From positions 1-46,628 of IMG/VR virus record IMGVR_UViG_3300003155_000137: DNA of 46,628 nt, one strand, 5' to 3'. The notes under the pieces are model-generated. The model was given only the letters and a program-made list of their open reading frames with translations. It did not search any database and had not been told where the DNA came from. Position numbers and translations under genes: made by a program. Positions 7,474-16,587 of this stretch are shown here, one piece after another (position 1 is the first letter of the stretch; every line of letters begins with the position of its first letter). Source of the stretch: a virus. Its lineage: Duplodnaviria; Heunggongvirae; Uroviricota; Caudoviricetes.

Positions 7474-8787
7474 TCACCTTTCACGACATCTTTCGGGTGG
7501 GGTTGGCATGAGCGCGACCGCGTGCCTGTCCCTCGTGTTGAGGGTGTACGCCCCGTTGTCGTCGGGGTCGGCGTAGCCGCGCCCTCCGGGTCCGTTGCCG
7601 GGGTCGCGGTCGATGGCGTTCCCCTGGATCTCCACGAGCCGTCCGCCGATGTCGGACAGTCCGTCATCCAGTCCACGGGGGGGGGTCTGGACGGAATCGG
7701 ACATGACCATCGGGACGTTGTTTCCGCCTGTTCCGGCGTGCGCCGTGATGGTCATCGACACGTCGGGCGTGTCCGACACCTTGGCCCTGCCGTCCTGCTG
7801 ATGGAAGTCCAATGCGACGTAGCTCTGCTGTTTCATGCCGGGATTCTCGGCCAACGCTCCGGGGACATCCATGACGGGAACCTCGTTGCGCTGATTCTGT
7901 GCGAACGCCACTGCGGTCGATACGGAAGTGTCCAGAGTGTTCATCACGTCGTCACGTTTGATTCCGAAACCGTTGGAGCCAGTGTTCGCCGTCTCGCACA
8001 GATAGATGCTCTGCTGGTTCTGCCCTGAGTTCGATCTCGCGGACAGCGCCGGGAAGACGCCATCGGAGGAATGCACGCGACGACTCTGGTTCTCGCCCGT
8101 GGTCAGGCATCCTCCGTCGTCGGTGTCTCCGTCTCTTCCTCCAGGACCGCTATCTGATTCTCCAGAGCGGCGCGAAGATTCTCCGGCAAGGGCTTTCCTC
8201 TTGTCTCGGCTCGACGAATAATCCCACGGCATGCCTTCGCGCTCAAATAATACTTCCGAGGAACGCATGGTTCCAAGGCTTCCGACAAGGAACAGACGCT
8301 CGCGTCGCTGGGCCACACCGAAGAACTGCGCATCCAGTACTCTCCATGCCAGACCATACCCGAGCGCGTCCATTTCGGACAGGAGTTGTCGGAAAGCGCC
8401 CCCGTGCTCGCTTGAGAGCGCGCCCGGGACGTTCTCCCAGACGAACCATCGAGGACGCACCTCACGAACGCATCGAATGTACTCGAACATGAGACCTGAT
8501 TCACCTTTGAGACCCTCCCTTTTTCCGGCCGTAGAGAATGACTGACATGGGCTACCTCCGAAAACGACGTCCACCTTGTCCACATACGGAGTCCAATCGA
8601 CCTTGGTGATGTCGCCAAGATTCGGGACATCAGGCCAATGGTACGCAAGAACCTCGGATGGGAACCTGTCGATCTCGCAGAAGGCCACCGGTTCCCAAGG
8701 CCCTCCATCAAGCGCCACCGAGACCGCCTCGATTCCGCTGAACAAGCTGATGTATCTCAATTTCCTGTTTTCCATGATGTCCATCAT
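7474..8787 (-). CDS. C5 cytosine methyltransferase, N-terminal part (motifs I-VIII plus repeats)
   Basis: SLFSGI, GGSPCQSFS, WENVPG, QRRERLFLVG. Confidence 0.92.
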   Translation of the reverse strand: MMDIMENRKLRYISLFSGIEAVSVALDGGPWEPVAFCEIDRFPSEVLAYHWPDVPNLGDITKVDWTPYVDKVDVVFGGSPCQSFSTAGKREGLKGESGLMFEYIRCVREVRPRWFVWENVPGALSSEHGGAFRQLLSEMDALGYGLAWRVLDAQFFGVAQRRERLFLVGSLGTMRSSEVLFEREGMPWDYSSSRDKRKALAGESSRRSGESDSGPGGRDGDTDDGGCLTTGENQSRRVHSSDGVFPALSARSNSGQNQQSIYLCETANTGSNGFGIKRDDVMNTLDTSVSTAVAFAQNQRNEVPVMDVPGALAENPGMKQQSYVALDFHQQDGRAKVSDTPDVSMTITAHAGTGGNNVPMVMSDSVQTPPRGLDDGLSDIGGRLVEIQGNAIDRDPGNGPGGRGYADPDDNGAYTLNTRDRHAVALMPTPPERCRER

Positions 8788-8812
8788 TCTACATTACGGG
8801 GTTGACACCGGA

Positions 8813-9067
8813 TCACATCACGTCGTTCCCTGAAGCGTGCATCCAGTCGCAGTCGATGCCGCCTCCGGTCTTCGGAAGAAGCACCAGGCATGTCACCTTC
8901 CTCGTGTCGAGCATGGTGACTGTACACTGCCACACCCCACCGTCAATCGCCTGGCAATCGGCGTTCCGCATGCCATCATACTTGTCGGATTCAACGCTTG
9001 AGCATCCTGGCAGCGGAATCAGCAGCATCAATGACGCCAGAGCCGCCACCGTCTTCCTTATGTCCAT
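8813..9067 (-). CDS. small putative lipoprotein
   Basis: Basic N-terminus, hydrophobic core and LPGC lipobox; paired cysteines. Confidence 0.5.
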   Translation of the reverse strand: MDIRKTVAALASLMLLIPLPGCSSVESDKYDGMRNADCQAIDGGVWQCTVTMLDTRKVTCLVLLPKTGGGIDCDWMHASGNDVM

Positions 9068-9341
9068 CCTCCATCCTTTCCATTCCGTCCTTGATCCTGA
9101 GCCACAGTTCGGTCGACAAACGATCGGCCACTATGACGGCGACATGCCTGTGATACCCATTGATGTCCGAAAATCTGCGGCCGCAACAGCAGTTGTAGGT
9201 GCGTCTGAAGAACCCGACGCTGACGATGACCGAATGCTCGCCAAGAACACTTGCGACATCTTCATACATGTCATCGTCGGGCACCAGGAGCTCATGCCTG
9301 GACGCTATCTGCCTATCGGTCAGTCTGATTCTTCGTGTCAT
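8991..9341 (-). CDS. hypothetical protein with H..CxC...H motif
   Basis: ORF in operon; motif shared with C-terminus of 11942-12751. Confidence 0.5.
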   Translation of the reverse strand: MTRRIRLTDRQIASRHELLVPDDDMYEDVASVLGEHSVIVSVGFFRRTYNCCCGRRFSDINGYHRHVAVIVADRLSTELWLRIKDGMERMEDGHKEDGGGSGVIDAADSAARMLKR

Positions 9342-9618
9342 CTATGTCCTCCGTCCAATCTATGCGATTCAGCATATCACAGATCCTTGACCATTGCGAA
9401 TACCACACCTCGACGGTTGTGGCGATGCACGGAACGACAAGCGCAACGGTGATCGTGAGCCACACCGCCGACATGGTGAAACCGAAAAGCCAACCCACCG
9501 CGCCATTCAGTATCATGAACCACACACACGGAAGGCACACGATAAGCGCGATGGTCGCCATCGCTTTGTCGAACCCATCATAGTCGAAGCGGAAACCGCA
9601 ATCCGCACCAGGCATCAT
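9313..9618 (-). CDS. hypothetical membrane protein
   Basis: Two long hydrophobic segments; overlapping-operon position. Confidence 0.55.
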   Translation of the reverse strand: MMPGADCGFRFDYDGFDKAMATIALIVCLPCVWFMILNGAVGWLFGFTMSAVWLTITVALVVPCIATTVEVWYSQWSRICDMLNRIDWTEDIDDTKNQTDR

Positions 9619-9794
9619 TCATCGCCTCCCACGCCACCAGATGCCTTCCTGTAGGCGTCAACTGCGGCCTTTGCGTATGACCTTGCGTTGAGACACGCCA
9701 TCGTTCGCGACTTCCTGGCGTTCTCATATGACATGTCCGATGAAGCGCCCATCCTCCCGTACACCGCCTCCGTGGCGGCGTCATAAAGATTCAC
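9615..9794 (-). CDS. hypothetical protein (59 aa, GTG start; not in ORF track)
   Basis: MNLYDAATEAVYGRMGASS...GGVGGDE fills the gap and its stop overlaps the next start. Confidence 0.4.
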   Translation of the reverse strand: MNLYDAATEAVYGRMGASSDMSYENARKSRTMACLNARSYAKAAVDAYRKASGGVGGDE

Positions 9795-9987
9795 TCAAAC
9801 CCCTTTCCTGAATGTGGTTCCACGTCTCCACGCAACGCTCCGGATCATCGCCGGTCATCGAAAGCGACGTGCACTGACATGATATGGTCCACTCAATCAA
9901 GCCGCCCCTCACATCATACGAGACGGTCGGGCAATGACGGCATCTCATGCACGACTGGACGAACAGGGACGGCTCCGGCTGCCCCAT
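9781..9987 (-). CDS. small zinc-binding protein, Lar-like
   Basis: CRHC...CQC...ERCVETWN pattern. Confidence 0.4.
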   Translation of the reverse strand: MGQPEPSLFVQSCMRCRHCPTVSYDVRGGLIEWTISCQCTSLSMTGDDPERCVETWNHIQERGLSESL

Positions 9988-10185
9988 TCAGTCACCGGCC
10001 AATCCGGCTGCGGCGAACAGGGACAATATGCCCTCGAACACAGCCCAGCCATACGGGGCACCGGACTTCCACGTCACGACCATGATGCCGATGTCGATGA
10101 CTCCGCACACGACAAGCGTCAAGGCTTTCGCATACACCTTGTCACGGATAACGCCGTTCCGACCATCGGACGCACCCTTCATCAT
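9988..10185 (-). CDS. small membrane protein
   Basis: Two hydrophobic helices. Confidence 0.5.
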   Translation of the reverse strand: MMKGASDGRNGVIRDKVYAKALTLVVCGVIDIGIMVVTWKSGAPYGWAVFEGILSLFAAAGLAGD

Positions 10186-11395
10186 TCATCCTGCCCTTCC
10201 ATTCTTGTTCAGACCTGCTCTTTCTCGTTGGTCTGATGGTGGATTCCTGCTTCATCGAACGCCCTTGCGCCGCCACGGATGACGGCGTTCGGGAGGTTCC
10301 GCCCTCCACAGGCATGAGTTCGGGATAGTTCGCCATCCCTACATTCAGTATGTTCAACGCCGCGTTCATGTCCCTGTCCATGACAAGGCCGCATGAATCG
10401 CAGCGGTAGACGCGCTCCGACAGCGGCATCGGCCTCCTCTGTCCACAGTTGGAGCAGAGCTGGCTCGACGGATACCATCTGTCGATGCAACGGACGTCCG
10501 TCTTGTACGAGAGGATGGAACGGAACATGCGGAACCCGCAGTCCAACAGCCTCCTGGCGAGACGGTGGTTCTTCAGCATCCCGGAGACGTTGAGGCCCTC
10601 GACGAAGCAGACCCTGTTCCGGTCGGCGATCGTCCTTGTGGCCTTGTGAATCCAGTCAAGACGCTTGCATGCGGTATGATACTCGTACCGCGCCAGCCTT
10701 CTCTTGGCCTTCTCACGGTTCCTCGACCCGCGCTGCTTTCTGGACAGCGCCCTCTGAAGATGCCTCTTCCTCCGCTCCCTGTCGATGAGGGTGCGCGGGT
10801 TTGGGATGACCAGACCGTCGGAGCAGGTGGCCAGCGACTTGATGCCCATGTCTATCCCGACGACCCCATCGGCTTGGCTTTCGCCGGTGGAATCGGGGAC
10901 CTCACATGAAATCGAGACGAGCCACATATCCGCCCTTCTAGTGACGGTCGCCTCACAGATTTTTGTGGCGGAGTCGCGGTAGCGGAACGACTCGCACATC
11001 CTCAATCTCAGCCCCTTCGGAAGGGTGAGCCACTTGCCGTCGATCTTCACGACGCCTCCGTTCACGGTGAACGAGTCGTTGACGCCACGCTTGTGGAACC
11101 TCGGATGCCCGGCACGTCCAGCGAAGAAGTTCCTGAACGCCCTTTCGAGGTCTCTCGTGGCGTAGTCGTACACCCACTTCGATACCTCCGTGACGAATGG
11201 GTACTTCTCCCCCTTGATGGAGTTGAACCTCTTCCTGATACCGTATCGGTTCGGCTTGCCGCCATTCCTGTATTCAGTGTCCCACATGTCGAGGCACACG
11301 TTGTATGCGAGACGTGACACACCGGCCCACTGTCTGAGCAACGGTTCGGTCTTGTTGTTGACCCTAAGCCTCGTCTTGAACGTTCGCTGCATCAT
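10142..11395 (-). CDS. tnpB: TnpB RNA-guided endonuclease (IS607-type), no TnpA
   Basis: N-terminal helix region, GIDMG (RuvC-I D), VEGLNVSGM (E), SSQLCSNC..CDSC zinc ribbon, DRDMNAA (D); RBS GGAGGT. Confidence 0.92.
   Translation of the reverse strand: MMQRTFKTRLRVNNKTEPLLRQWAGVSRLAYNVCLDMWDTEYRNGGKPNRYGIRKRFNSIKGEKYPFVTEVSKWVYDYATRDLERAFRNFFAGRAGHPRFHKRGVNDSFTVNGGVVKIDGKWLTLPKGLRLRMCESFRYRDSATKICEATVTRRADMWLVSISCEVPDSTGESQADGVVGIDMGIKSLATCSDGLVIPNPRTLIDRERRKRHLQRALSRKQRGSRNREKAKRRLARYEYHTACKRLDWIHKATRTIADRNRVCFVEGLNVSGMLKNHRLARRLLDCGFRMFRSILSYKTDVRCIDRWYPSSQLCSNCGQRRPMPLSERVYRCDSCGLVMDRDMNAALNILNVGMANYPELMPVEGGTSRTPSSVAAQGRSMKQESTIRPTRKSRSEQEWKGRMNDEGCVRWSERRYP
10199..10350 (-). ncRNA. putative omegaRNA scaffold / element right end
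   Basis: GAAGCAGGAA motif, TCAGACC/GGTCTGA hairpin and terminal AGAATGG resembling the IS607 AGAACGG end; boundaries approximate. Confidence 0.45.
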
Positions 11396-11639
11396 CACCT
11401 CCGAAGTCGATGCCGGTGACCACATCCATGATGTGTTCGTCGTTCCTTTCCTGCTGCGAAATCGGGACGGTTATGGGAATCCGGTGCCGGTACATCCTCA
11501 CCAGCCACACATCGCTCTTGGTCCTGTCCACGAAGTTCATCGAACACAGGTCATCCATTGTGACGCCGACCTGATACGAGATCGATGCGAGCGAATCCCA
11601 GCCTTCGACCAGCGCCTTTCCGCCACCAAGGTATTTCAT
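11364..11639 (-). CDS. hypothetical protein overlapping tnpB start
   Basis: MKYLGGGKALVEGW...; no serine-recombinase or Y1 HUH motifs seen. Confidence 0.5.
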   Translation of the reverse strand: MKYLGGGKALVEGWDSLASISYQVGVTMDDLCSMNFVDRTKSDVWLVRMYRHRIPITVPISQQERNDEHIMDVVTGIDFGGDDAANVQDEA

Positions 11640-11643
11640 GCCG

Positions 11644-11976
11644 TCACCTGTACCTTTCATCCAACTGATGATGGCAGTCATCGCAGACCGCCTCGTCGTC
11701 GTTCGGGGACGACCATCCATCGTCGATGAGAGAATCGTAGTCGCCAAAGCTCCTTGCACCACACTGCGAGCACCTGGCATGGATGTGCATGGGGCAGAAA
11801 TGGAGCAGTTGGCCATAGCAGTCGCAATAGCCATGAACCTGCCACCCGGCGCTCTCGGCCCCCTGAAGCAGATGCTCTTCGTCATCGTACACAATGTCAT
11901 TCCCCTGCGGATACATGGAACCACATGTCGGGTCGTCGCACCTAAGCACGTACACTCTTCTTGTCGCGAGGGACAT
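11644..11976 (-). CDS. small zinc-binding protein
   Basis: C....C...GW...FCPMH plus CSQC/CDDC. Confidence 0.55.
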   Translation of the reverse strand: MSLATRRVYVLRCDDPTCGSMYPQGNDIVYDDEEHLLQGAESAGWQVHGYCDCYGQLLHFCPMHIHARCSQCGARSFGDYDSLIDDGWSSPNDDEAVCDDCHHQLDERYR

Positions 11977-12751
11977 CGCCATCACCTCCATTCTCGGTAG
12001 AGCCATCCAACACGCCCCACTCATATCCCTCTCTGGTGATCGGCTCGAACACGGCGTCGACGATCTTCGATGAGATATGAAGGTCAAGCCTGCCCTGTGT
12101 GGCGAACAGGTCGCCGCACGAACAGCGGAACGCATCATGGTCGTCCACCTGATGATGCGATGACCTGACCTCCGTCACGATGTCGCAGATTGGTATGAGG
12201 TCATAATCCGCAACGACCTCATATTCGGCGTATGCCGAAGGCAGAGGGATTCTGACTCCTCCACCGGCCTCACGAATCGCGCGAATACAGTCTCTGATGT
12301 CCTTGTCCACCAGCGAGCCGTCGTAAAAGCGGTCAGACACCCTGACCCTGCACAACGACGAGAACTCCGTGACGCACTCATCCATCGTCATCGGCCCTGT
12401 ATAGTCGGAGAGGGAGTAGTAGTTCTCGAACGGGTCGGGGCACGAACATCCGTCATCGGTTCCGATGTAGAAACCGTCCGGACCGTGGATGACGGACACG
12501 ATGTCGAACTCCCAATCACCTCCGAAGTCCGGGGCGCATACGGCCTTGCACCCCCACAGCTCAGGGTGCCAGTACGGGTTCAGCTTGTGGTCGTGCACCA
12601 CATAGCCCCTGTCAAAGCGCATGTTCTTGGAGAACGCTTCGACGTCCTCGTCGTATGGCTCGCCCCAGAAGATCGGCTTCAGGCGCTTGTATGCCTCCTC
12701 CATCTTCGGATCGTCATAGGTCTCAGTCGAATCATCACTCCGTCCCATCAT
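11942..12751 (-). CDS. hypothetical protein
   Basis: WEFD...DDGCSCPDPFE motif typical of actinophage hypotheticals; strong codon bias. Confidence 0.6.
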   Translation of the reverse strand: MMGRSDDSTETYDDPKMEEAYKRLKPIFWGEPYDEDVEAFSKNMRFDRGYVVHDHKLNPYWHPELWGCKAVCAPDFGGDWEFDIVSVIHGPDGFYIGTDDGCSCPDPFENYYSLSDYTGPMTMDECVTEFSSLCRVRVSDRFYDGSLVDKDIRDCIRAIREAGGGVRIPLPSAYAEYEVVADYDLIPICDIVTEVRSSHHQVDDHDAFRCSCGDLFATQGRLDLHISSKIVDAVFEPITREGYEWGVLDGSTENGGDGDVPRDKKSVRA

Positions 12752-12815
12752 CGCCTCCTATCCTGCGAATCCTCTTGATCGAATCGTCCAAGTTGACATC
12801 CATCCAGTCGTCCCA

Positions 12816-13877
12816 CTACTCCGCGTCGATGTCCAGGAGGTTGCGCCTGGTCGACCTGATTATGGACACCTTCAACAGCCTGATCGACACCTCATCGCAA
12901 TCGTCGGGATTGCTGTACACGCCATCGGTGAAGTCGCCGCCGATGAGGTTGACGGGAATGTCCGAACCGTCCTTCGGGACGCCTTTGGGGAACACCAGCT
13001 CCACATCGTCATAGCGACCGGGCACGTCCACATACACCGACGTGGAACAGCCGGAATACAGCGTGTCCTCGGATTCTCCGGACACGATGGATCCGTCAAC
13101 CTCCATGACGTAACGGATGATGGCGTTGGTACTTCCCACGGGCAGGATGTTCATGTCGTTGATGATGTCGGAGACGCGGTTGCCGTTGACCGTCACCTCC
13201 TCGACGAGGGCGTCCAACATATCGTAGTTGAGACGCACCTGATGGTGGATGCGTTCGATCATCATGCGGTCGTCCGTGGCGACATCATGGTCGGAGAGAT
13301 AACGGTCGATCTCCTCGTCGGACGGGTGGTCGAACCGGATATGCCAACGGAACCTTCCGGGGCGATTCACCATGAACCTGAGTCCGTCGGTTGAATTGAC
13401 CGTGATGACGTTGAGGTGACGACTCTGGCACGTACCGTCGAAGTATCCCAGCAGGTTTTCGGAGCTCGGGAACACCTTCTCGAACTCGTCGAACAGCATC
13501 ATGCATTCGCACGCGATCGACGACAGGAACGCCGGGAGGCCATCGAAGTCGTGATCCACGATGATGGTGGGGATGCCGCGCTCCACACGAAGACGCTGGC
13601 TCATCTCCCTCGCCGCGAGCGTCTTGCCGAGACCCTGGGGGCCGGACAGGATGACGCCGACCGAACGACCGGCGTTCTCGAAGCTCCTCATGATACGGTC
13701 GACCTTCATGCCAACGTCCCCGTAGATGACCTCCGGGGCCTTCAGGTCGTCGACACGCTCAAGCAGGATGCCCTGCATGGTGTCCACGATTCGGTACGTG
13801 CCGACGGGAATCGTGTCGTATACGCTGATGTCGTCGCCGTGAATGGAAAGCCGCCCATTGCTTTTGACGATCTTCAT
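12816..13877 (-). CDS. AAA+ ATPase
   Basis: Walker A GPQGLGKT, Walker B LFDEFEK, RPGRF arginine-finger motif; RBS GAAAGGA. Confidence 0.85.
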   Translation of the reverse strand: MKIVKSNGRLSIHGDDISVYDTIPVGTYRIVDTMQGILLERVDDLKAPEVIYGDVGMKVDRIMRSFENAGRSVGVILSGPQGLGKTLAAREMSQRLRVERGIPTIIVDHDFDGLPAFLSSIACECMMLFDEFEKVFPSSENLLGYFDGTCQSRHLNVITVNSTDGLRFMVNRPGRFRWHIRFDHPSDEEIDRYLSDHDVATDDRMMIERIHHQVRLNYDMLDALVEEVTVNGNRVSDIINDMNILPVGSTNAIIRYVMEVDGSIVSGESEDTLYSGCSTSVYVDVPGRYDDVELVFPKGVPKDGSDIPVNLIGGDFTDGVYSNPDDCDEVSIRLLKVSIIRSTRRNLLDIDAE

Positions 13878-13921
13878 GCTGCACTTGTCCTTTCTTACAT
13901 GATGTCCCGATGACACCACCA

Positions 13922-13967
13922 ATGTTAGCGCCATCGGGACGGATTGGCAAAACGAGTCGGCGAGTCG
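13922..13967 (-). promoter_or_regulatory. sigma70-type promoter with upstream conserved 15-mer
   Basis: TTGCCA-17-TAACAT on minus strand, preceded by CGACTCGCCGACTCG. Confidence 0.6.
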
Positions 13968-13971
13968 TGGT

Positions 13972-14166
13972 TCAGCCGCGTGTACGCCTGTATACGTGCT
14001 TCGGGCAATAGTGCGAAACCCGCCCGTCGAAGATGTTCATGAACGTGAGCCATCCGGCGTTACCCGATGCGATGTCCAGGTCGCCAATCGAACCGCCGTG
14101 ACATGTGAACAGCTCGTCGCACTCATCGCACCTGATGGCGGTTCCGTCGTCGGTATCGATATACAT
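13972..14166 (-). CDS. small zinc-binding protein
   Basis: CDEC...GW...HYCPKH. Confidence 0.55.
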   Translation of the reverse strand: MYIDTDDGTAIRCDECDELFTCHGGSIGDLDIASGNAGWLTFMNIFDGRVSHYCPKHVYRRTRG

Positions 14167-14173
14167 GATCGCC

Positions 14174-14587
14174 TCACTCAGCCGACCGAAGCCATGCCTC
14201 AAGCATGTCGGCCTCCTGTTCTGGGGTGCTGCCATCCCACTCGGGAGCCGTGTCGTACTCGTCCGCACTGAACAGGTCCCAGTACTCCGTCCGATAGTGG
14301 TTGGAGATGACGGAACCGTCGGGCAATGTCACCCACACGACGAACCAGCCGCCGCCGAACGGCTCGGTCCCGTCATGATGCCTCTTGGACTTGCCGGTCT
14401 GCAACGCGAACGCATCACCGCTGCCGGACAACGATGCCACGCGCCACAGCCTGATGACCTTGAAGAGGGCGGCGTTGTACAGCATCCTGTACCGATACAG
14501 CTCGTTGAACGTGTGATAGCCGTCCGACATGTCGCCGGGGGTAATCCACATCGGCGGTATCCAGGTCGATGCCCTCGATCTCCGCAC
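14174..14587 (-). CDS. conserved phage protein (SDGYHTFNELY...WDG family); true start probably ~14551
   Basis: SDGYHTFNELYRYRMLY...ISNHY...W..F...APEWDG pattern. Confidence 0.65.
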   Translation of the reverse strand: MRRSRASTWIPPMWITPGDMSDGYHTFNELYRYRMLYNAALFKVIRLWRVASLSGSGDAFALQTGKSKRHHDGTEPFGGGWFVVWVTLPDGSVISNHYRTEYWDLFSADEYDTAPEWDGSTPEQEADMLEAWLRSAE

Positions 14588-14786
14588 GATACTGAAGCGT
14601 CTCCCAGTATCCGTTCATCATCTTGAACTGATGGTCCAGCAGGGGTCTCGGACATGTCGGCGTGAAATCCAGCTCGCCAGCGTCCCACCTCCTCAGCATG
14701 TCACCGAGTTTGCGAGTACGCTCCTCAAGCTCACGGTATTCGATGACGAATCTTCTCTGATAGGGTTTGAGTTCACCCATTGTCAT
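14415..14786 (-). CDS. crAss001_48-like protein
   Basis: YQRRF..EY.EL.ER..KL..ML..WDAG.LDFTPTCP..LL..Q...M..Y...L..RAEIEGIDL. Confidence 0.65.
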   Translation of the reverse strand: MTMGELKPYQRRFVIEYRELEERTRKLGDMLRRWDAGELDFTPTCPRPLLDHQFKMMNGYWETLQYRAEIEGIDLDTADVDYPRRHVGRLSHVQRAVSVQDAVQRRPLQGHQAVARGIVVRQR

Positions 14787-15051
14787 TTTCCTTTCCTGTA
14801 TTGGCGTGATGTCTGCGGCGCAAGTCACACTCACGTATGCTGCGCCCCATCCTGTTCCAGCACTTGGGACAGTAGACTCTGGCATCCAGTGGGCTGATGG
14901 TGGACGATGGGATGTGCCACCCACTGTCTTTCAGCGCCTCTCCGAGCTTGACGGCGTTCGGGAAATGGTCGCCGCAATCGGTGTGCGGGTCGGCGAATCC
15001 CATGCCACAGCCGTCGCATTCGGCCTTGAGATATTCGGCTTTTCCAATCAT
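14773..15051 (-). CDS. small zinc-binding protein
   Basis: CDGC...GW...YCPKC. Confidence 0.55.
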   Translation of the reverse strand: MIGKAEYLKAECDGCGMGFADPHTDCGDHFPNAVKLGEALKDSGWHIPSSTISPLDARVYCPKCWNRMGRSIRECDLRRRHHANTGKENDNG

Positions 15052-15062
15052 GGCTTCTCCGT

Positions 15063-15263
15063 TTAGACAAGCGTGAGGGTCAGGAACGCAATGACGACAT
15101 AGGCGATGAGCACGAATATGACCCATGTCGTAAACGCGGCGACCCCAGCCGCAATGCCGTACCTGCGGGCGAACGAAACGCATGGGTCAATCATCAGGTC
15201 AATGACTTTAGGTACGCCGAAGAACAGTGACATCATCACGGCGACGAACCACAGGATTATCAC
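15063..15263 (-). CDS. small membrane protein
   Basis: Two hydrophobic helices; ATGA-type coupling to neighbour. Confidence 0.55.
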   Translation of the reverse strand: MIILWFVAVMMSLFFGVPKVIDLMIDPCVSFARRYGIAAGVAAFTTWVIFVLIAYVVIAFLTLTLV

Positions 15264-15454
15264 TTCTCGTCATCCTTCCCGCCAAACCTCCTGCGCAGCC
15301 CGTCGATCCAATACCTGATGTGGTTGTCCCACAGCAACCTGAGCGCAATGAACAGGAAGAAGAGCAGGATGACGACCGCGCCGATGACAAGGTTCACCAC
15401 GTTCTCCGTGAGTCTCGCCGTCACCCAGCTCCACACGAAATTCCAATCAATCAT
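15260..15454 (-). CDS. small membrane protein
   Basis: Single hydrophobic helix; RBS GGAGGT. Confidence 0.55.
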   Translation of the reverse strand: MIDWNFVWSWVTARLTENVVNLVIGAVVILLFFLFIALRLLWDNHIRYWIDGLRRRFGGKDDEK

Positions 15455-15972
15455 CAGTCCACCTCCACGCTTGAGGAGCCACCCATCTCGGATGCGCCTA
15501 TCATCGGCCTGACCGATTTCAGGATGCACAGAAGAATCTCGCCGGCCGACCTCGTCCTGCGATTGTTCATGAACCCCGGTTCGGCGAACCTGCGAAGCCG
15601 TGAGCCGTCGGATGACGGAACAAGTACGCCGAAGTTTCCTCCGAGACGCCAATCGGTTCTCATCCTCTCGGCGACCTCCGGGGTCGTCACAAGCCAGTTC
15701 TCGTCACCGTAGAACGTAAGGCCGTGGCCGCTGTTCACGTCGTCCATGCACGACTTGACCTCGTAGAACTCCGTCCTGCCGAACTCAAGGCTCGTGGCCC
15801 TGATGCCGTGGTCGACGATCTCGGGATCGAACCCGACGTAATCGACGCGACGCTCGTCGGGTGTGCAACGGTCGAAGGACACCTCGCGTCCCCACACCAT
15901 GCACCTGTTGGCCAGCCTTCTCTCGACCAGCATGGACAGCATCCTGGTCGTCCGTAACCTGTCGTCGCTCAT
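15454..15972 (-). CDS. MmcB-like PD-(D/E)XK-fold protein
   Basis: REV......RVDY...FYEVKSC..D..SG.GL.F.GD.NWLV. Confidence 0.65.
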   Translation of the reverse strand: MSDDRLRTTRMLSMLVERRLANRCMVWGREVSFDRCTPDERRVDYVGFDPEIVDHGIRATSLEFGRTEFYEVKSCMDDVNSGHGLTFYGDENWLVTTPEVAERMRTDWRLGGNFGVLVPSSDGSRLRRFAEPGFMNNRRTRSAGEILLCILKSVRPMIGASEMGGSSSVEVD

Positions 15973-16265
15973 TCCGACACCGCCTGTCTCGCCGCATCGA
16001 GCATGGCCTTGGCTATGGCCATCCAGCGTTCGCGCTTCTCCGGCTTGACCTTGCTCCACGGCTTCGGCGTACCGTATGACGTATGGGCTTTGGCCTCGAT
16101 CCCCTGACCGACGATCGCCGCCGCCGTCACCTCCGCGTCGGTCGGCTCATGCTCACGACCGAGCTTGTACGCCTCCCGCAGGGCCGACGCATCATGGTCG
16201 CGGCCATCGGCATCCGATGTGGGCCACATCCGCCGGGCCTCCAGTTCGCTTATGGACTCGTTCAT
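15969..16265 (-). CDS. hypothetical protein
   Basis: ORF in tightly packed operon (EPTDAEVTAAA motif common in actinophage hypotheticals). Confidence 0.55.
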   Translation of the reverse strand: MNESISELEARRMWPTSDADGRDHDASALREAYKLGREHEPTDAEVTAAAIVGQGIEAKAHTSYGTPKPWSKVKPEKRERWMAIAKAMLDAARQAVSE

Positions 16266-16269
16266 GGCG

Positions 16270-16587
16270 TCACCTCGCAATCGTCCTGATGCGGACGTCA
16301 CCATCGGATGGGGCGCTCGAAGCGGTGAACGGGTTCGGCACACCATTCCCACAGCAGCCGGACTTCGCCCACTTCAGCAGATGAATCACATCGTCGAAGC
16401 TGTCGCCAAGGCAGTGGACGAGGTCGCGCAACGACGCGATGTCGGTCCACAGTATCATGGACGCGCACACCTTCGCCCTTGCCGATGCCGGGATCGTGAT
16501 TGATCGGTCTCCGACCCTCAGCACGCCATCGACGTATTCCACATCCTCATCGTCCATCATCTCATCCTTGTCCATTTCACACCTCAT
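16270..16587 (-). CDS. hypothetical protein
   Basis: Operon-filling ORF. Confidence 0.5.
   Translation of the reverse strand: MRCEMDKDEMMDDEDVEYVDGVLRVGDRSITIPASARAKVCASMILWTDIASLRDLVHCLGDSFDDVIHLLKWAKSGCCGNGVPNPFTASSAPSDGDVRIRTIAR

Noticed and set aside
10199-11640. IStron (group I intron plus IS607 TnpB) or full IS with TnpA
   Set aside because: Upstream sequence is ordinary coding DNA with no intron core, and the adjacent ORF lacks serine-recombinase or HUH motifs.
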